Of a stretch of 64,000 nucleotides of DNA, positions 1 to 12,444 are shown in pieces. The notes beneath the pieces were generated by a model. It saw nothing but the letters and a program-made list of their open reading frames with translations, searched no databases and was not told the DNA's origin. This DNA is from Camelus ferus (taxonomy: Eukaryota). A program made the position numbers and the translations under genes. Each line of letters opens with the position of its first letter. Within the stretch, counting starts at the first letter, position 1. Where the stretch lies: contig NC_045713.1 in assembly GCF_009834535.1 (NCBI RefSeq), forward strand, positions 2,480,001 to 2,544,000, written 5' to 3'.

Positions 1-621
1 AGGCAGTTGGATGTTGTTCAAAGTCCCCCCAAAATGTGTTGGTTCCTCTCAAGGTGCTGGTGCCTGGGCAAACATCTATTGTGAGTGTTGGACTAAAATA
101 GACAAAAAGGGGCTTTAAGGGAAAAGGAGACCCAAAGTGGCAGTCTGAGGGGTGCCGGCAGACAGAGAAGGCACAGTCCACCGCTGGGGCTCAGTGATGA
201 CAGGGCAGGGGGAGAACCTGGGGGTCGGGGGCCAGACGAGAGGACTGACAATTGGGTACCCTGACCTGAGGAGCTCTTTTGAAGATGCTGTTGGCAGAGC
301 GACCTTGGTCTCTTCAGCTTTAATGAGCCCTGATCACATGCCAGTAGTTTAGGAGCTCAGGACAGTGACCTCAATCCAGGCCAGCCAGTGCTGCCAAAGT
401 GGGCAGGAGTCTCCAAACTCCAGGAATTCAGCCTTGAGGAATCTCCTTTCTGGAGTCACAACTGATGGAACTGATGGACAGAATTCTGTCCTCTTCCTCC
501 CGTAGGACCCTGGAGGTTGTCAAAACACAAGTTGGTCCCAGTCAGGGGCTGAATCTAGCAAAGGAAGGAGCCAAGGAGTTATGGACATGGCTCTGAGAGC
601 TTTTACATCATCTAAGGGCTC

Positions 622-804
622 NNNNNNNNNNNNNNNNNNNNNNNNNNNNNNNNNNNNNNNNNNNNNNNNNNNNNNNNNNNNNNNNNNNNNNNNNNNNNNN
701 NNNNNNNNNNNNNNNNNNNNNNNNNNNNNNNNNNNNNNNNNNNNNNNNNNNNNNNNNNNNNNNNNNNNNNNNNNNNNNNNNNNNNNNNNNNNNNNNNNNN
801 NNNN
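622..804. other. N block (183 nt), gap or hard mask
   Basis: Run of n read directly. Confidence 0.98.
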
Positions 805-1289
805 TTTTACTGGGCAGCGTGCAGGCCATGTTTCCTATCACATCCTGGTAATTGCGATTCAACCTCCAGAACAACGGGGACATTCATAGTCACATTCCCC
901 TACAAGATACCCACTGAGAACCATTTAACACAAACTTGTGCTGATGCATAAAACCCTGTGTTGTGTGCTTACTGTCCCACCCTCATAAAGTCCAAGCCTG
1001 TACTGGGGCAAGGATGGGTTTATTCCTCCCCATTCTGGTTCCTTCCAAACCCCACATTAATAACCAGAAATAGCAATCTGGATTCTGGTTTGCACTTAAA
1101 TCCTGGCATGGCAGGGTCTTTCTTCATTTCTCTTAGCCCATCTTCTCCCTAACTCACCATAAAATTGCCTTCCTTTTTTGGGAGGGTCCTTTGTAAGGCC
1201 TTCACACTGACGTTCACTGTTTCTTTAAAATCCCAAGTCAGAAGCAGCAGGCAGACGAGGCGCTGTCAGCTTGGGCTGTATGGTTCAGT

Positions 1290-2460
1290 GACTTGGCATT
1301 AATGACGTTTATTTTGGAACCTACGTGATGGCCTGACCTATTTTAGGATCTCTGCTTTAACCATACCTCCCTCCCCCATTTTTTCAATTAGAAGTGAAGG
1401 AAAAAGGGATTGTGGGGAGTTGCAGGGGAGGGGAAAACCTGGAGCCCACTGCACTATGAGTTACAACATCAGGTTGACCATAGCACTAACCACTGTCACA
1501 GAGGCAATCTGAAGCCCTTCTGGAAAGGCTGGAATGGAGGGCTGTGTCCACAAAATGGGAAGAGCCTCCAGAGGCACTTCTCTGCCCAGTTTCCCCAGGT
1601 GGGGCTACAGGAGATACAGAAACCAAAGGCCACATTTAGTATTGTTTGGCATTTTCCTCCCTGGAAAGACCTGGTTGGGAGAGAAATGATCTTCTTCCAA
1701 AGAGAAACGCTACCCGGAGGAGGGGAGGGAGGGGAGGAGAAGGAAGAGGCAAGTGCAGGCAAATAGCCAACTACGCACATTTACGGAGAGCTGAAATGTA
1801 AAACAGATGTCCTGCAGGAGCATCAACCACTGCCCTGGGAGCATCGTTGTCAGCCTCTGGAGAATTGGGTTTCTCAGATGCAGGCAAATAACCCAGTAAG
1901 TCACTGAAAGCTGCATGCTCATCATAACCCCTCTAAGGAATGGCCCTTCTGGGTGGCGGGGTGCCCTGGCTGCACATCTTTCTTGTGGCTGAATCGATGT
2001 TGCTGTCTCTTTAGCTAGGACTGGGATGTTCTCACCCTCACCAGAGCTGCCTCCCTGTGATGGAGGGCAGGAGCAGCAAGACCTGGAGCTCCAAAGAGAC
2101 AGATGGGGGCCCAGTAAGCCCTGTGCTGTGGCTCTAGTGGGATCTGTTCCATGAGAGTAGGGGTTATAAGAAGGCAAAAGGAGCCAGGCCACTGTGTGAA
2201 GGGCCCTGTCAGAGCAGCTGCAGCACTCGGGGAGCAGATGGTGATATCAAGGTCAGTGGTATAGAGGACCCGTGGCAGCTGCTGCTGTGGGCAGCTCAGG
2301 AAAACTTTAATGGCTATCGAGACGATGCTCAGCTTGAACCACTTGGGAAGTGCCAAGGGTAAAAAACGGGATATGGAAGGTGAGGGGTCCCGGCATTGGG
2401 CAAGATGGAGGTCAGAGGTGTGACGTCTCCTCTCACTGAGCTGGGGTCTAGCAAGCAAGT
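1290..2460 (-). ncRNA. Candidate terminal exon of a minus-strand transcript
   Basis: Acceptor-like CCTACAG| at 2461-2462 with a displaced pyrimidine tract; minus-strand AATAAA at 1313-1308; unique sequence. The acceptor is weak and the 3' end approximate. Confidence 0.2.
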
Positions 2461-2999
2461 CTGTAGGACTTGACATAGCTCAACTCAATCAAAGGGCCAG
2501 AAGAACAGAAAGGGCTAAGTGAGTCTTAAGAGAAACAAAAGCAAGGAGCAAGTGTTCACCGCAGTGAGGCACTAAAATTGAAGACAGTTCTGAGTCCAGC
2601 TAGCACACTGTCCCTGAGAACTGAGTCCACAGAGCACATTTTTAGTAGGTTCTAAATCAACAGCTTCTATGACCTCTGAAATGTATGGACAAAATCAGAA
2701 ATAGTCCCTTTTTCTAGGCAGCCCACTTTGCCTTTCTGAATCTCCTTTTAGAATTTCGCACAGCAGGTAGGCACTGCAATATTGTGGGTCCTGAAATATT
2801 TTTCAGGAATATGAGTTCAAAGTATTAACTGGTCCGACATCATCTTAAGTTATTAGCCTGTCTTGGGAGGCTGGCTGGACATCTGGCCAGGCATTTTTCC
2901 TCCTTCCCTATATATTTCTTTTCTTTCCCCTTGTGTTTTCTTAGGACTGTGACTCAAATATATATAATCAGACAGAAAAGGAAGAAGGAGTGTTCTTAC

Positions 3000-3060
3000 C
3001 CCATTCCAGGCAGAACTGTCACCTCTGGAAACTAGATTAACAATGTTACATATTGAGGGC
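3000..3060 (-). ncRNA. Candidate 61-nt internal exon
   Basis: About 55-nt pyrimidine tract then CCAG| acceptor; donor GGG|GTAAGA. Confidence 0.33.
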
Positions 3061-3779
3061 CTGGAGGGAGTGTCCAAGAAGGAGGAGAATGAGGAGAAAA
3101 CGAAGGAGGACGAGAGGAATAGAAGAAGGGGTTCACCGCAAATTATATTTCCAGTTCTCAGACCCAGGTCATTGAAACTGAAATTGCTTGCTCCTTGATA
3201 ATTCTGTCATGCTGAAAGAACGTATCTTTTTCTAAGTGAAATCAGGTTTAACGGAGGAATAGCATGCCTTAAAATTAATTAGAATAAACTAATTTCTTAA
3301 GGAAACATACTACTGAAGCATGAGAAAGCTAAGGGCACACAGTATTGATGTGCTGACTAAGAGGCGTGATCTTGGGGGTGTTTGTTGATAGGAACTCCTG
3401 CTGTGTCTGTGCACACAGACGGCTCTGAAAGACATCAACCCTTCTGATGGCTGGATCACAACCAACCAGCTAGTAACTGCCTGGTTGCTTGACTGAACTC
3501 AGCCAGTCTGTTTTGAAAATAACCCGCACTCCACCTAACAGCATCACTTTTGACCCAGTCCACTGGCTGCTACATTCACGTCTCTGCCCAAACTTGAACA
3601 GTGGGGTGGATGACAACTGCAAGTTTAAACTGAGCTAAAGAAAAAGTCTGGAGGAGAGAGTTAGCAGAAAGTCCAGCAGTGAGAAGATCAAACTAGGGTT
3701 GCAGTCGACAGCTACCTCCAATTTAAGAAAGATACCGAACTGAGACAGTAGGACTGCCAGAGAAAAAAACCAGGTGATC

Positions 3780-4200
3780 CTAAAATGTATCACGGGAGCC
3801 TCACTTTTCCCCCAGGGCCGGTACTCAGGAAGCAGCCCCAGAAAAGAGGAAGAAGGACTCAGCGAGGCGGTCTGATGGCTCCACGTGGGGATTCGGCGAG
3901 GTGGGGTCATTACTCAGTGACATGTCAGCACTCTCCTCCACGTGGAATGTCATTTCTATTTTTCGTAATCCAGAAGTTTTCAGGAAGAGCACTCTTGATG
4001 TACTGCTCAGCTGACCTTTTGTTAGTTCCGGGGAAGGGCGGAGAAGTCCGCAGAGAGCTGGCTGCTTATTCTAAACAGCTGGGCTGGAGTTGGAATGGCA
4101 TAAATGTGGACACGCATTTTTAGCAGGTCACAATAGTAACACGGCTCTGGGGAAAGGCAAGGGACTGAATCCTGTAATTAGTCAGAGAAGCTTTTGATAA
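3780..4200. promoter_or_regulatory. Putative enhancer or promoter (twin E-boxes, GC box, TEAD and GATA motifs)
   Basis: CTCCACGTGG at 3879-3888 and 3936-3945, TGACATGTCA palindrome at 3918-3927, GGAATG, GGGCGG, CAGCTG x2, TGATAAG, raised CpG. Confidence 0.5.
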
Positions 4201-4655
4201 GAACCCCAGGAGTTCCTTATCCCAAAATATCACTTGTCATAGGAGCACACGGGCCCACGAATGCACCCACCCTGGATGAGATGGATGGGTGATGCCAAGT
4301 TCTAAATCTCCTATGGGGTCTCCCTTGACAGGCTGCTCTTATGATTTAGGGCACCATCAGCGGCCCTGGTTTGATTCATCACTTGGTGATTCATCTTTCC
4401 CAACAAGCTGTGGTTCCTGTTTTATAACGCCCTTTCCATTTCTCTCCTTTGAAGAGAGAGAGGAACAGGTGATGAAAGCCAGGCTTTGGGACAGAAATCT
4501 GGCTTTTTCCTGCCAGAATTAGCCCTCCTTGGTAAGAAGGAGAAGCAGCAGGCTAGCAGATCAATCTCAGGGAAGACTATGCTTATTGACAAAGCAGCGC
4601 CCATTTACATCGAACATGTCGCTTTTACTATTTCACACATTGGTGTGACAGGGTA

Positions 4656-4726
4656 CTATAAATAGCCATGGCAACGTAGGAACGAGTGGACTTTGCTACC
4701 TGAACATGATGATTCTTTAAAAATAA
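4656..4726. promoter_or_regulatory. Composite MEF2/TATA, RFX X-box-like, HNF4-type and second MEF2 motifs
   Basis: CTATAAATAG 4656-4665, GCCATGGCAAC 4665-4675, TGGACTTTG 4687-4695, TTAAAAATAA 4717-4726. Confidence 0.4.
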
Positions 4727-5506
4727 GCACATTTGGTTTTTAAAGGAAAATTATGTTTCGACCCTTAAGTATACAGACTGGTTAATATATTGAAACTTGG
4801 GTTTCTGTCTCTCATAGGAGTTATTATTGCCATTTTGGATTTTGCTACATCTGTTTTGGCTATTATAAGTCCCTACACTTCTTATTTTCACAATATTTTT
4901 AAGCAACAGTTATTGTATTTTTTATGACAGAAGCAATGTATGAGTGTTACAGTGAGCTTAGAAAGATAAAATAATATAAAGGAAAAAATGATCTATTATA
5001 CTACTACTCAAAAATAATCGTGGTTCATAACTTGTTGAATTTTATGTATTTACATATAATGTACATATTATACAAAATAAATAAATTGGGATCATCTGAT
5101 ATGAAAGTAACATCATAAGATTTTCCCTTTATCTATGAATAGCCTTCATCATAGTCAGCCCTGATCAACCTCTAATGCCCACCTATCTAGAGGGGTTTAT
5201 TAGAGAAAGAAAGCATAGAGGGAAACTAAAGTAAAATTCGACTTCTGGAATTCAAAACTAGGATTTTTCCAGTAGATAATACCTTGCAATCCCAGGCATT
5301 ATCTAAAGAAAGCTTTGCTAAATTTCTTAATCCCCCTACCCCAACACATCCCAGACACAAACTATTTTTATGATCTAGATGAAAGATATGTATTTAAGAG
5401 AGGTCCAGCTAGAAAGGGGAAAGGGGGAATTCCACCCTCTAGTGCAGGCGTGCCCATTTCCCCTCTTCATCTTGAGGGAGCAGGTGTATAGATGGATGAA
5501 GGTAGT

Positions 5507-5894
5507 NNNNNNNNNNNNNNNNNNNNNNNNNNNNNNNNNNNNNNNNNNNNNNNNNNNNNNNNNNNNNNNNNNNNNNNNNNNNNNNNNNNNNNNNNNNNNN
5601 NNNNNNNNNNNNNNNNNNNNNNNNNNNNNNNNNNNNNNNNNNNNNNNNAGTGTCTAATGAGCACCTGTGTCNNNNNNNNNNNNNNNNNNNNNNNNNNNNN
5701 NNNNNNNNNNNNNNNNNNNNNNNNNNNNNNNNNNNNNNNNNNNNNNNNNNNNNNNNNNNNNNNNNNNNNNNNNNNNNNNNNNNNNNNNNNNNNNNNNNNN
5801 NNNNNNNNNNNNNNNNNNNNNATACCGTCACACTGGGGATTAGGTTTTGACATACAAATTTGGGGGGCAGGTTTCAAACATTCAGTCTGCAGCA
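5507..5894 (-). mobile_element. MaLR LTR (MLT1A/MST-like), mostly hidden by N blocks 5507-5648 and 5672-5821
   Basis: Visible 5822-5894 reverse-complements to TGCTGCAGACTGAATGTTTG...CCCAAATTTGTATG, the MLT1A/MST 5' terminus. Confidence 0.7.
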
Positions 5895-6419
5895 GAGCCC
5901 CCAGGCCTCAATCTTCATCTAGGGCTCCAAAACATGCTTGCCTCTGAGGCTTCCCTTGCACCCTTTTGGGGTGAGTCATATCTATCTGGCTGCAGAGCAT
6001 CAACCGAGTAGAGAGACACCTTAAGGCCTGTCTCTCTGATGCGGTCCTAGGTGCCTGAATAGCAGGAATACGGAGTAGAGACTCAGACGGGCTGCCCAGG
6101 AATGTGCCGAGCAAGGCAAGCCTGCACCAGAGGCCAGGATGCACCGCAGGCCAGCAGGCTGAATGGAGGATGGGGCAGAAGCTCAGAGATCATGTTTCAT
6201 ACAAAGGATCTCAGATCACTGACTTTTTTGAACTCATAATACTGATTCAGCTCTGGGTCAATTAGACAATGTCTTCAAAAAAATTTTTTTTTCCTCACAA
6301 AGGGCAAATAGTTGGTAAATTTCCTAGATCCTTACAGTTCCTAGAGTAGTTTGCTTCTACCTTCAACCATGAGTGAGCATTGAGCTAGGTTCAAAATCCA
6401 TGGATCTAAACTATTTTCC

Positions 6420-7330
6420 TATAAAACCAGTAGATGTTATCCCATCATCTTTTATCATTTGAAGAGTCGAAGTCTGAAGTCAGCCTGATGTTTTTGTTCT
6501 CCTGTAGTAAAACTGGTTTTTTTTTCCTGCCTGGATATTTTCATACTTTTGAGTGGCTTACTTTAACTCTGAGAATTAAAAAAAAAAAAATGACCAGGAC
6601 ATGAGTGTGTGTGTTGCCTATACCATAGCAAGCCACTTCAATCTTTAAATTCAGGTGTTTTTTTCCGATTCCTATAGATGCCTTCAATGTACTTCCAGTT
6701 TTTACATTTTGTTCCCCTTGTTCTGTTTCTTTCCTAAGAAATTTCTTAAGTTCCTAAGTGTTATCTTTGTTTCATGTCCTCCAAATCTGTCTAATTCTTC
6801 TTGTTTTTACGTCTTCGTTCCTTTTCCCTGAGCTCTGAGAGAGTTTCATCAGGTTTGCCTAGCAACTTTCATCTTGGCACTGCATGTCAGTTCCCTTTAA
6901 TTTCTTCCTTCTTTGTCCCTTTTGGCCTCAGTTTGTTAAATCTGAATTTCATCTCACTGGACCATTCACCTCTTCCACTGCCTTCTTATGGTTTTATTTC
7001 TTCTTTAATCAAGGCCATGCCTTCTTGCAACTATTGTGGTCATCAAACAGTTTCTAAAAGGTTCTTTTTACTCTTGCAGGAGGTATTTCCAGAACTGTAT
7101 TTCTCCATTGAGTACACTGAGGGACACTCCCCTTTCCTTATTCTGTGGCATGTTTTCCAACTAGCCTATGTTAATTTTTTTGTGATAGTCTTATCTTGAA
7201 AATAGAAGGGTGTAACTGGGGTTTGTCAATAACTTTAGTGTGATTTTCTTTGGATTCTACTCACAAGCCCATTAAGGGCTAGATCTCCTTCTCTGACCTA
7301 ACCCTAGATGGTTGATACAGCTCTCATCTC
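6420..7330 (-). mobile_element. Ancient HAL1/L1ME ORF1-region relic
   Basis: T-rich degraded sequence resembling the HAL1/L1ME antisense consensus. Confidence 0.5.
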
Positions 7331-7429
7331 ATTTTTAAGTGTCTGGTTATGCGTTTATCTGGTCCTAACTTTTGTTTTCTCCCCTCCCCATAGCTTGGTC
7401 CTCTAACATTGAGAAATAATGGAATACAT

Positions 7430-7815
7430 GTTTATCGATTAGGATGTGGATGCAGTAAAAATTAGACCCCAAAGTTTCCAGCGGCTCACAGTAGGTATGC
7501 ATTTCTAACTCATGTAAGAATTCCAGGGTTCCTGAACACGAGGCAGCGCTACTCCACGTGGTGACTCAGGGACTCAGGCTCCTTGAATTTCCATCTGGAA
7601 GATGGAGGAAAAGAAAGAGAACAGGGAGGAGGCACAGTCCCTTCCACAAAGCTCCAGACTGCTTTCTGGAGCTAGCACAAATCATATACACGCACATTTC
7701 ATTGAACATAACTCATCCATGACCACATCTAGCTCCCAGGAAAGCTGGAAATGCAGTCTAGCTATGTGTGCAAGAAAGAGAGTAGGACACTGATTTTGGT
7801 GAACAAGTCTGCCAT
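7430..7815 (-). mobile_element. MaLR LTR (MLT1J/K-like)
   Basis: CCACATCTAGCTCCCAGGAAAGCTGGAAATGCAGTCTAGCTATGTG is typical of old MLT1. Confidence 0.65.
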
Positions 7816-8208
7816 GGTGTTCAAAACAGAATCACCCATACACACTGTTGTACAGACATTCCCTGCTTTCCCTCCTTGTCAACATGGCTTTTCTTGGTTG
7901 CAGGAGATACCACTCTCAGTTGTTCAACTACTGTGACTTCTCTGTCTTCTTTCCTGCACGGCTATGTTGAGTAAGATAGTCCGCTCATCCCAGTTTCACC
8001 CCCTGTGATGCCAGCTTTACACCTAGGCCGGGCAGACTTAGAGCATGCTAGAAGTTAATCAGAGAAAATGTCGAGGAGAGGAGAAAGTGTCCAACACAGA
8101 CTAATCCCCTTTCTTTCAATACTTGAGAATACTCTTAGCTTTTCTCTGGCAACAGAGGCAAAACAAAGCCATCTCCCTGGGCTAACATATCGTTAGCTCA
8201 GCAGTTCT

Positions 8209-8340
8209 CAGCAGTTCTCAGTAGTTGGGCCGGCAGTGTCCGCGCCATCAGAAACTCTAGGAATGAGGCCTGGTAACCTCTGTTTTAACAAGCCCTCCAT
8301 GTGATTCTGCTTCACAGTGAAGTGTGACAACCACTGCTCT
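8209..8340. mobile_element. MER5A-like hAT-Charlie MITE
   Basis: TTTTAACAAGCCCTCCATGTGATTCTG...ACCACTG terminus. Confidence 0.75.
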
Positions 8341-8549
8341 GACTTAAACTTGGCTATGACCTGAGCCATAGCAAAATAGCCTATGTTGACTGGAAGCACT
8401 TCATTTTAGTTGTCAGCAAAACACCGAAGAGGAGTATTTGGAATTTTAATCTTGAAAAACTAAAAATATAGAGCAATGGTAATAAAAAAATTGACACTAA
8501 TTATCTAATTCTTTGGTCTAGATCAAAATGGCCAACAGTGATGAACACA

Positions 8550-8730
8550 GAGTCACAGAATATCGGATATAGAAGGGATCTCAGAGACCATCAAGTCCAC
8601 TCACCCATTTCATACACTGGAAAACTGAGGTCCAAGAAGAGTACGTGGGTCTTCCAATGTCCCACCTCTGGTTGGAGGGAGAGTTGGAACTAGAATCCAA
8701 GACCCCTAATTCCTGGTCCAGCTCTCTTTC
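8550..8730 (-). mobile_element. MIR SINE
   Basis: GAAAACTGAGGTCC...GGAACTAGAATCCAAG core. Confidence 0.7.
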
Positions 8731-9666
8731 TCATGAGATCATGTTTGTGAAGCCCTCTGAAAAATATAAAGTATGAAGTGGTTGCATTATATGAATATTG
8801 AATTGAGTTCAGATAATTTGAATTCCAAATCTTAAAGAGCCAAAGTTAAATGTATGTGCAAATTTGTTCTCTAAGCCCTGTCCAAATGCAAATAAAAAAT
8901 GAATGAACAGCATCGCTTTAGAATTACAGAACACTTCAGAACATTGATACTGATATTAAGAAATGTAATGCAGAAGCATCAGGCATCAGCCTCTGATATC
9001 TCCTTTTCTTCCAAAAATGTGTGTGATGTCATAGAAATCTGAGAGACATTCCCACTAACTCTAAGGCCAATAGGCCTGCATAAAGAGAAGTAATCTGTGG
9101 GTTCCATGTACTTTATTTCACAAAGAGAGAAACTCAAGCATCATATAAGAAAGTGGGAAGCCAATAGGCTCTTTCCTCGCTGTCTTTCCCAAGAAACTAT
9201 GGTAAAAGCAGTAACGAGAAAAGTGGACAGCACAAATACTACTGGAGACAGGACTTGCCCCGGCCTCAGCCCCACTCCAACATTCAACATCCCTTTAGAG
9301 ATTGCAACTCCCAAGAATGCACAAGGCTGACTCAGAGACTCTCACTTTCTGAATTCAGTAAGAGTCATTTGCTATCAGACTTAGAACATGCAGAGATAGA
9401 GGGCAAATGAGGTAGCCATGGGATTGTGTCCCAGGTCACTGATAAATGGAGCTGGTGCCCCTGGCTTGGTTTTGTTGGTGGTCAGGGGCCTAGTGCCCAG
9501 CTGGTCAGACAGGACTGGAGAGGACATGGTAGCCCCATACACCATGGGCTTGCCTCTTTCCAGCAGGAGTTTTCCTTCCAGTTTGTTTTGTAGTGTGTGA
9601 GCTGAAATAGACTTCTCTCTATCTTAACTTTGTAACTGGCTTAGCTGGGTCTTTGAATTGAGAATC

Positions 9667-10140
9667 TTTTTAAAAAACAGCTTTATTGAGGTTGAATTGA
9701 CATACCATACAGTCTTTACATACCATGTAAAGAATACAATTCAGTGGTTTTTAGTGTGTTCATGGATTTGTACTACCATCACCATGGTCAATTTTAGGAC
9801 ATTTCACCACCTTGAAAAGAAACCCTGTACCTTTTAGTTATTATACCCTAAGCAACCACTAATCTGTGTTCGTCCTCTACAGATTTCCCTGTTCTGGACA
9901 TTTCATATGAATGGAATCATGTAGTTTGTGGTCTTCTACGACTGGCCTCTTTCACTTAGCACAATGTTTTGAGGGTCTTCTGTGTTATAGCATGTAGNNN
10001 NNNNNNNNNNNNNNNNNNNNNNNNNNNNNNNNNNNNNNNNNNNNNNNNNNNNNNNNNNNNNNNNNNNNNNNNNNNNNNNNNNNNNNNNNNNNNNNNNNNN
10101 NNNNNNNNNNNNNNNNNNNNNNNNNNNNNNNNNNTTAGAA
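9667..10140 (-). mobile_element. L1MB-type 3' end, includes N block 9998-10134
   Basis: CAGCTTTATTGAGG...GCAACCACTAATCTG...GACATTTCATATGAATGGAATCAT. Confidence 0.85.
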
Positions 10141-11291
10141 TTGTCATCTATTCTGAGGGAAAAGAAATTTTGAAGAGAGGAATTCCCTTAATAACTGGCT
10201 ATTTTTACACTGTTCAGTGTACTAATTCAGTAAACACTGAGCATGTGCAACATGCAAAACAAGACGGAAGCTACTTTGAGGTTATCATTCTTAAGAATAT
10301 TTATAGCAATACTGAGAAAATATCTCTTATAAAGCCCTTAGATATGATCTTAGGTAAAACTTATTATCATAAGAATACACTGTGAACCTTGATATCCCTA
10401 GCCCCATTTGACAGCAGACAAAAGCTCTGAGAATTCAGGATCACCAACCTAATGAGTAGAAGACAGTTTGGAGAACTTGAACTATTAGTCCTGTCTCTTG
10501 TTAAGATATATCTTCATCTAATCTTTATAGGGGAAGAAATTCTTTTAGAAACATTTTATCACAACAGTTGACACTTCTGCAGCCCCAGATTATGAATCAC
10601 AGACAGGCATATTTCTCCTGTTCCAAATTCCAATAGCTCCTTTTTATACTTTCAAAAATATATCACCTTTTGCCTTTTATCATATTTGCATTAAGCGCTA
10701 TCTCCTTTGCTAGCAGAAAGGCTGGATGGGAAGTCCTCTGAAAAATCCGCTAGCTGTAAAGTTTCTGGGGCACTTTCTTCAGTGATGTGCAATGATTCCA
10801 CCATTAAAACAATGTTTGTGGTTTTCTTAACAGTGGCTCCCTTTCTTTGAGGCCAGGCAAGCCCAGTAGAAATACTGGCCATGTGAGCTTATGCTGGATA
10901 GACCTGGAAATGCTGGAAGCCAGGAGCCTATGCAAGTCAACACCAAGGAGGGCCATGTGTTTGCTAAAGGAGCAATATCACGAGAAAGGGAACAGCCAGA
11001 AAGGGAATGAGGAAGAAGACAGGAGCCAAAACATCAAACAGAGGCTGGAACTGGAGAGAAATGTGGGATGAGTCCAGTGGGTTCATGACAATGCCTGTGC
11101 GTGAGTCAAGACACCTGAGAGCTTATCTACATTGCGTCCTTGCTTCCTGGTAAAAGGCAGAGCTGTCCAGCTGAGGGGAGCAGGGCACAGCTGAACACCC
11201 TGGGCTGCTACTGAGTCTAGTTTCTAGAGTTCCCTTTCTCAGGGCATCATCATGACCATCTTCAGTGCACAACTGCCACTTTGCCGGCTGC

Positions 11292-11590
11292 AAACAAATG
11301 GAAACAACCTAAATGCCCAGCAATTGCAGGGACAAGTTAAACTATGCTAAGTCCATACAGCGGGCTACTATTAGTTTTTCAAATAAGGGTGGAGAGCTAT
11401 ATATTTTTTTCTGGGAAGATATTCAAGATATAGTGTTAGTTTTAAAAGATTATAAGAAAAAACAAATAAACAAACAAAAATCTCATGACAGAGAGAACAG
11501 ATTGGTAGTTGCCAGAGGTGGAGGGTGGGATGGTGGAAGAAATGAGTGAATTATTTTGTTTTTTAGTTTAAACAAATTGAATTAATTTAT
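11292..11590 (+). mobile_element. L1 fragments (old L1M plus a younger L1 3'UTR piece)
   Basis: GGAAACAACCTAAATGCCC and GAGAACAGATTGGTAGTTGCCAGAGG motifs. Confidence 0.65.
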
Positions 11591-11624
11591 ATATTTTAAA
11601 AAGGTTATATGATATCATGAATAC

Positions 11625-11745
11625 TATGCCATTTGAATAAAATTGTGTATGCAGAGGTAAAAATATATATAGATACCATTTTTATGACACCATAAATATT
11701 ATGCTATTTGCATAAAATTGTGTATGCATAGGTAAATATATATAT
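11625..11745. repeat. Imperfect direct duplication, about 46-nt unit with 75-nt period
   Basis: ATGC(C/T)ATTTG(A/C)ATAAAATTGTGTATGCA(G/T)AGGTAAA twice. Confidence 0.85.
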
Positions 11746-11984
11746 ATATATATTTATGTATGTGTGTGTATGGTTTTATTTTTCTAGGTATAAGTGGATC
11801 CAGAGACCTCTTCCTTTTTGAAAGTATATTTACCAAAATTAAAATTGCTTTCAGGGTAAGTGGATTTTTTCAGTGATTTTTCTTTCAGAGATTTTTTTTT
11901 TACCTTTCTTTTAGCTCTTTCCTATATTATTTTACCACTATCCTTATCCTTGTAACTAACTAAATTCATAAAATAGTCTACTAG

Positions 11985-12220
11985 ATAATACTATTTATTG
12001 GGTACCTACCAGTTGCTAGTTACATAAACTGTCTCATTGGAACCTCAAAGCAATTCTTAGAAGTATAATATTATTATTCCCATTTTAAAATGAGGCAACT
12101 AAGACTTAGTAACATTAGGAAATTGGTCCAAGGTCACACAGCAAGCAAATGGCAGAGCTGGGACAGTCGTTTAGGACTATCTAACTCCACAGTATGTACT
12201 CTCAGTCACTGTACTGTGCT
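11985..12220 (-). mobile_element. MIR SINE, near full length
   Basis: CCCATTTTAAAATGAGGCAACTAAG...CCAAGGTCACACAGC. Confidence 0.9.
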
Positions 12221-12444
12221 ACCAGGAAAAATGCAAAAAGCACAGGCCTTACCCAGTAAAGACTATGACCAGCAGGGAGCACGATTTCCCATGCTACTTA
12301 CTCTCCAGTGCCATATGAACTTGGACCCACCTTGGCAAGACATATTCAGAACCCACAGAACTATTAATCTGAATTACTCAATCCTCTTCATATATCAGCA
12401 TCAGATACTGAGCATGTCTGTACATTCTCTGACATGAGAGGAAG

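Noticed and set aside
1-350. Minus-strand open frame of about 115 codons running off the left edge
   Set aside because: No start codon, no convincing acceptor, low-complexity Ser/Pro/Leu content and no recognised homology.
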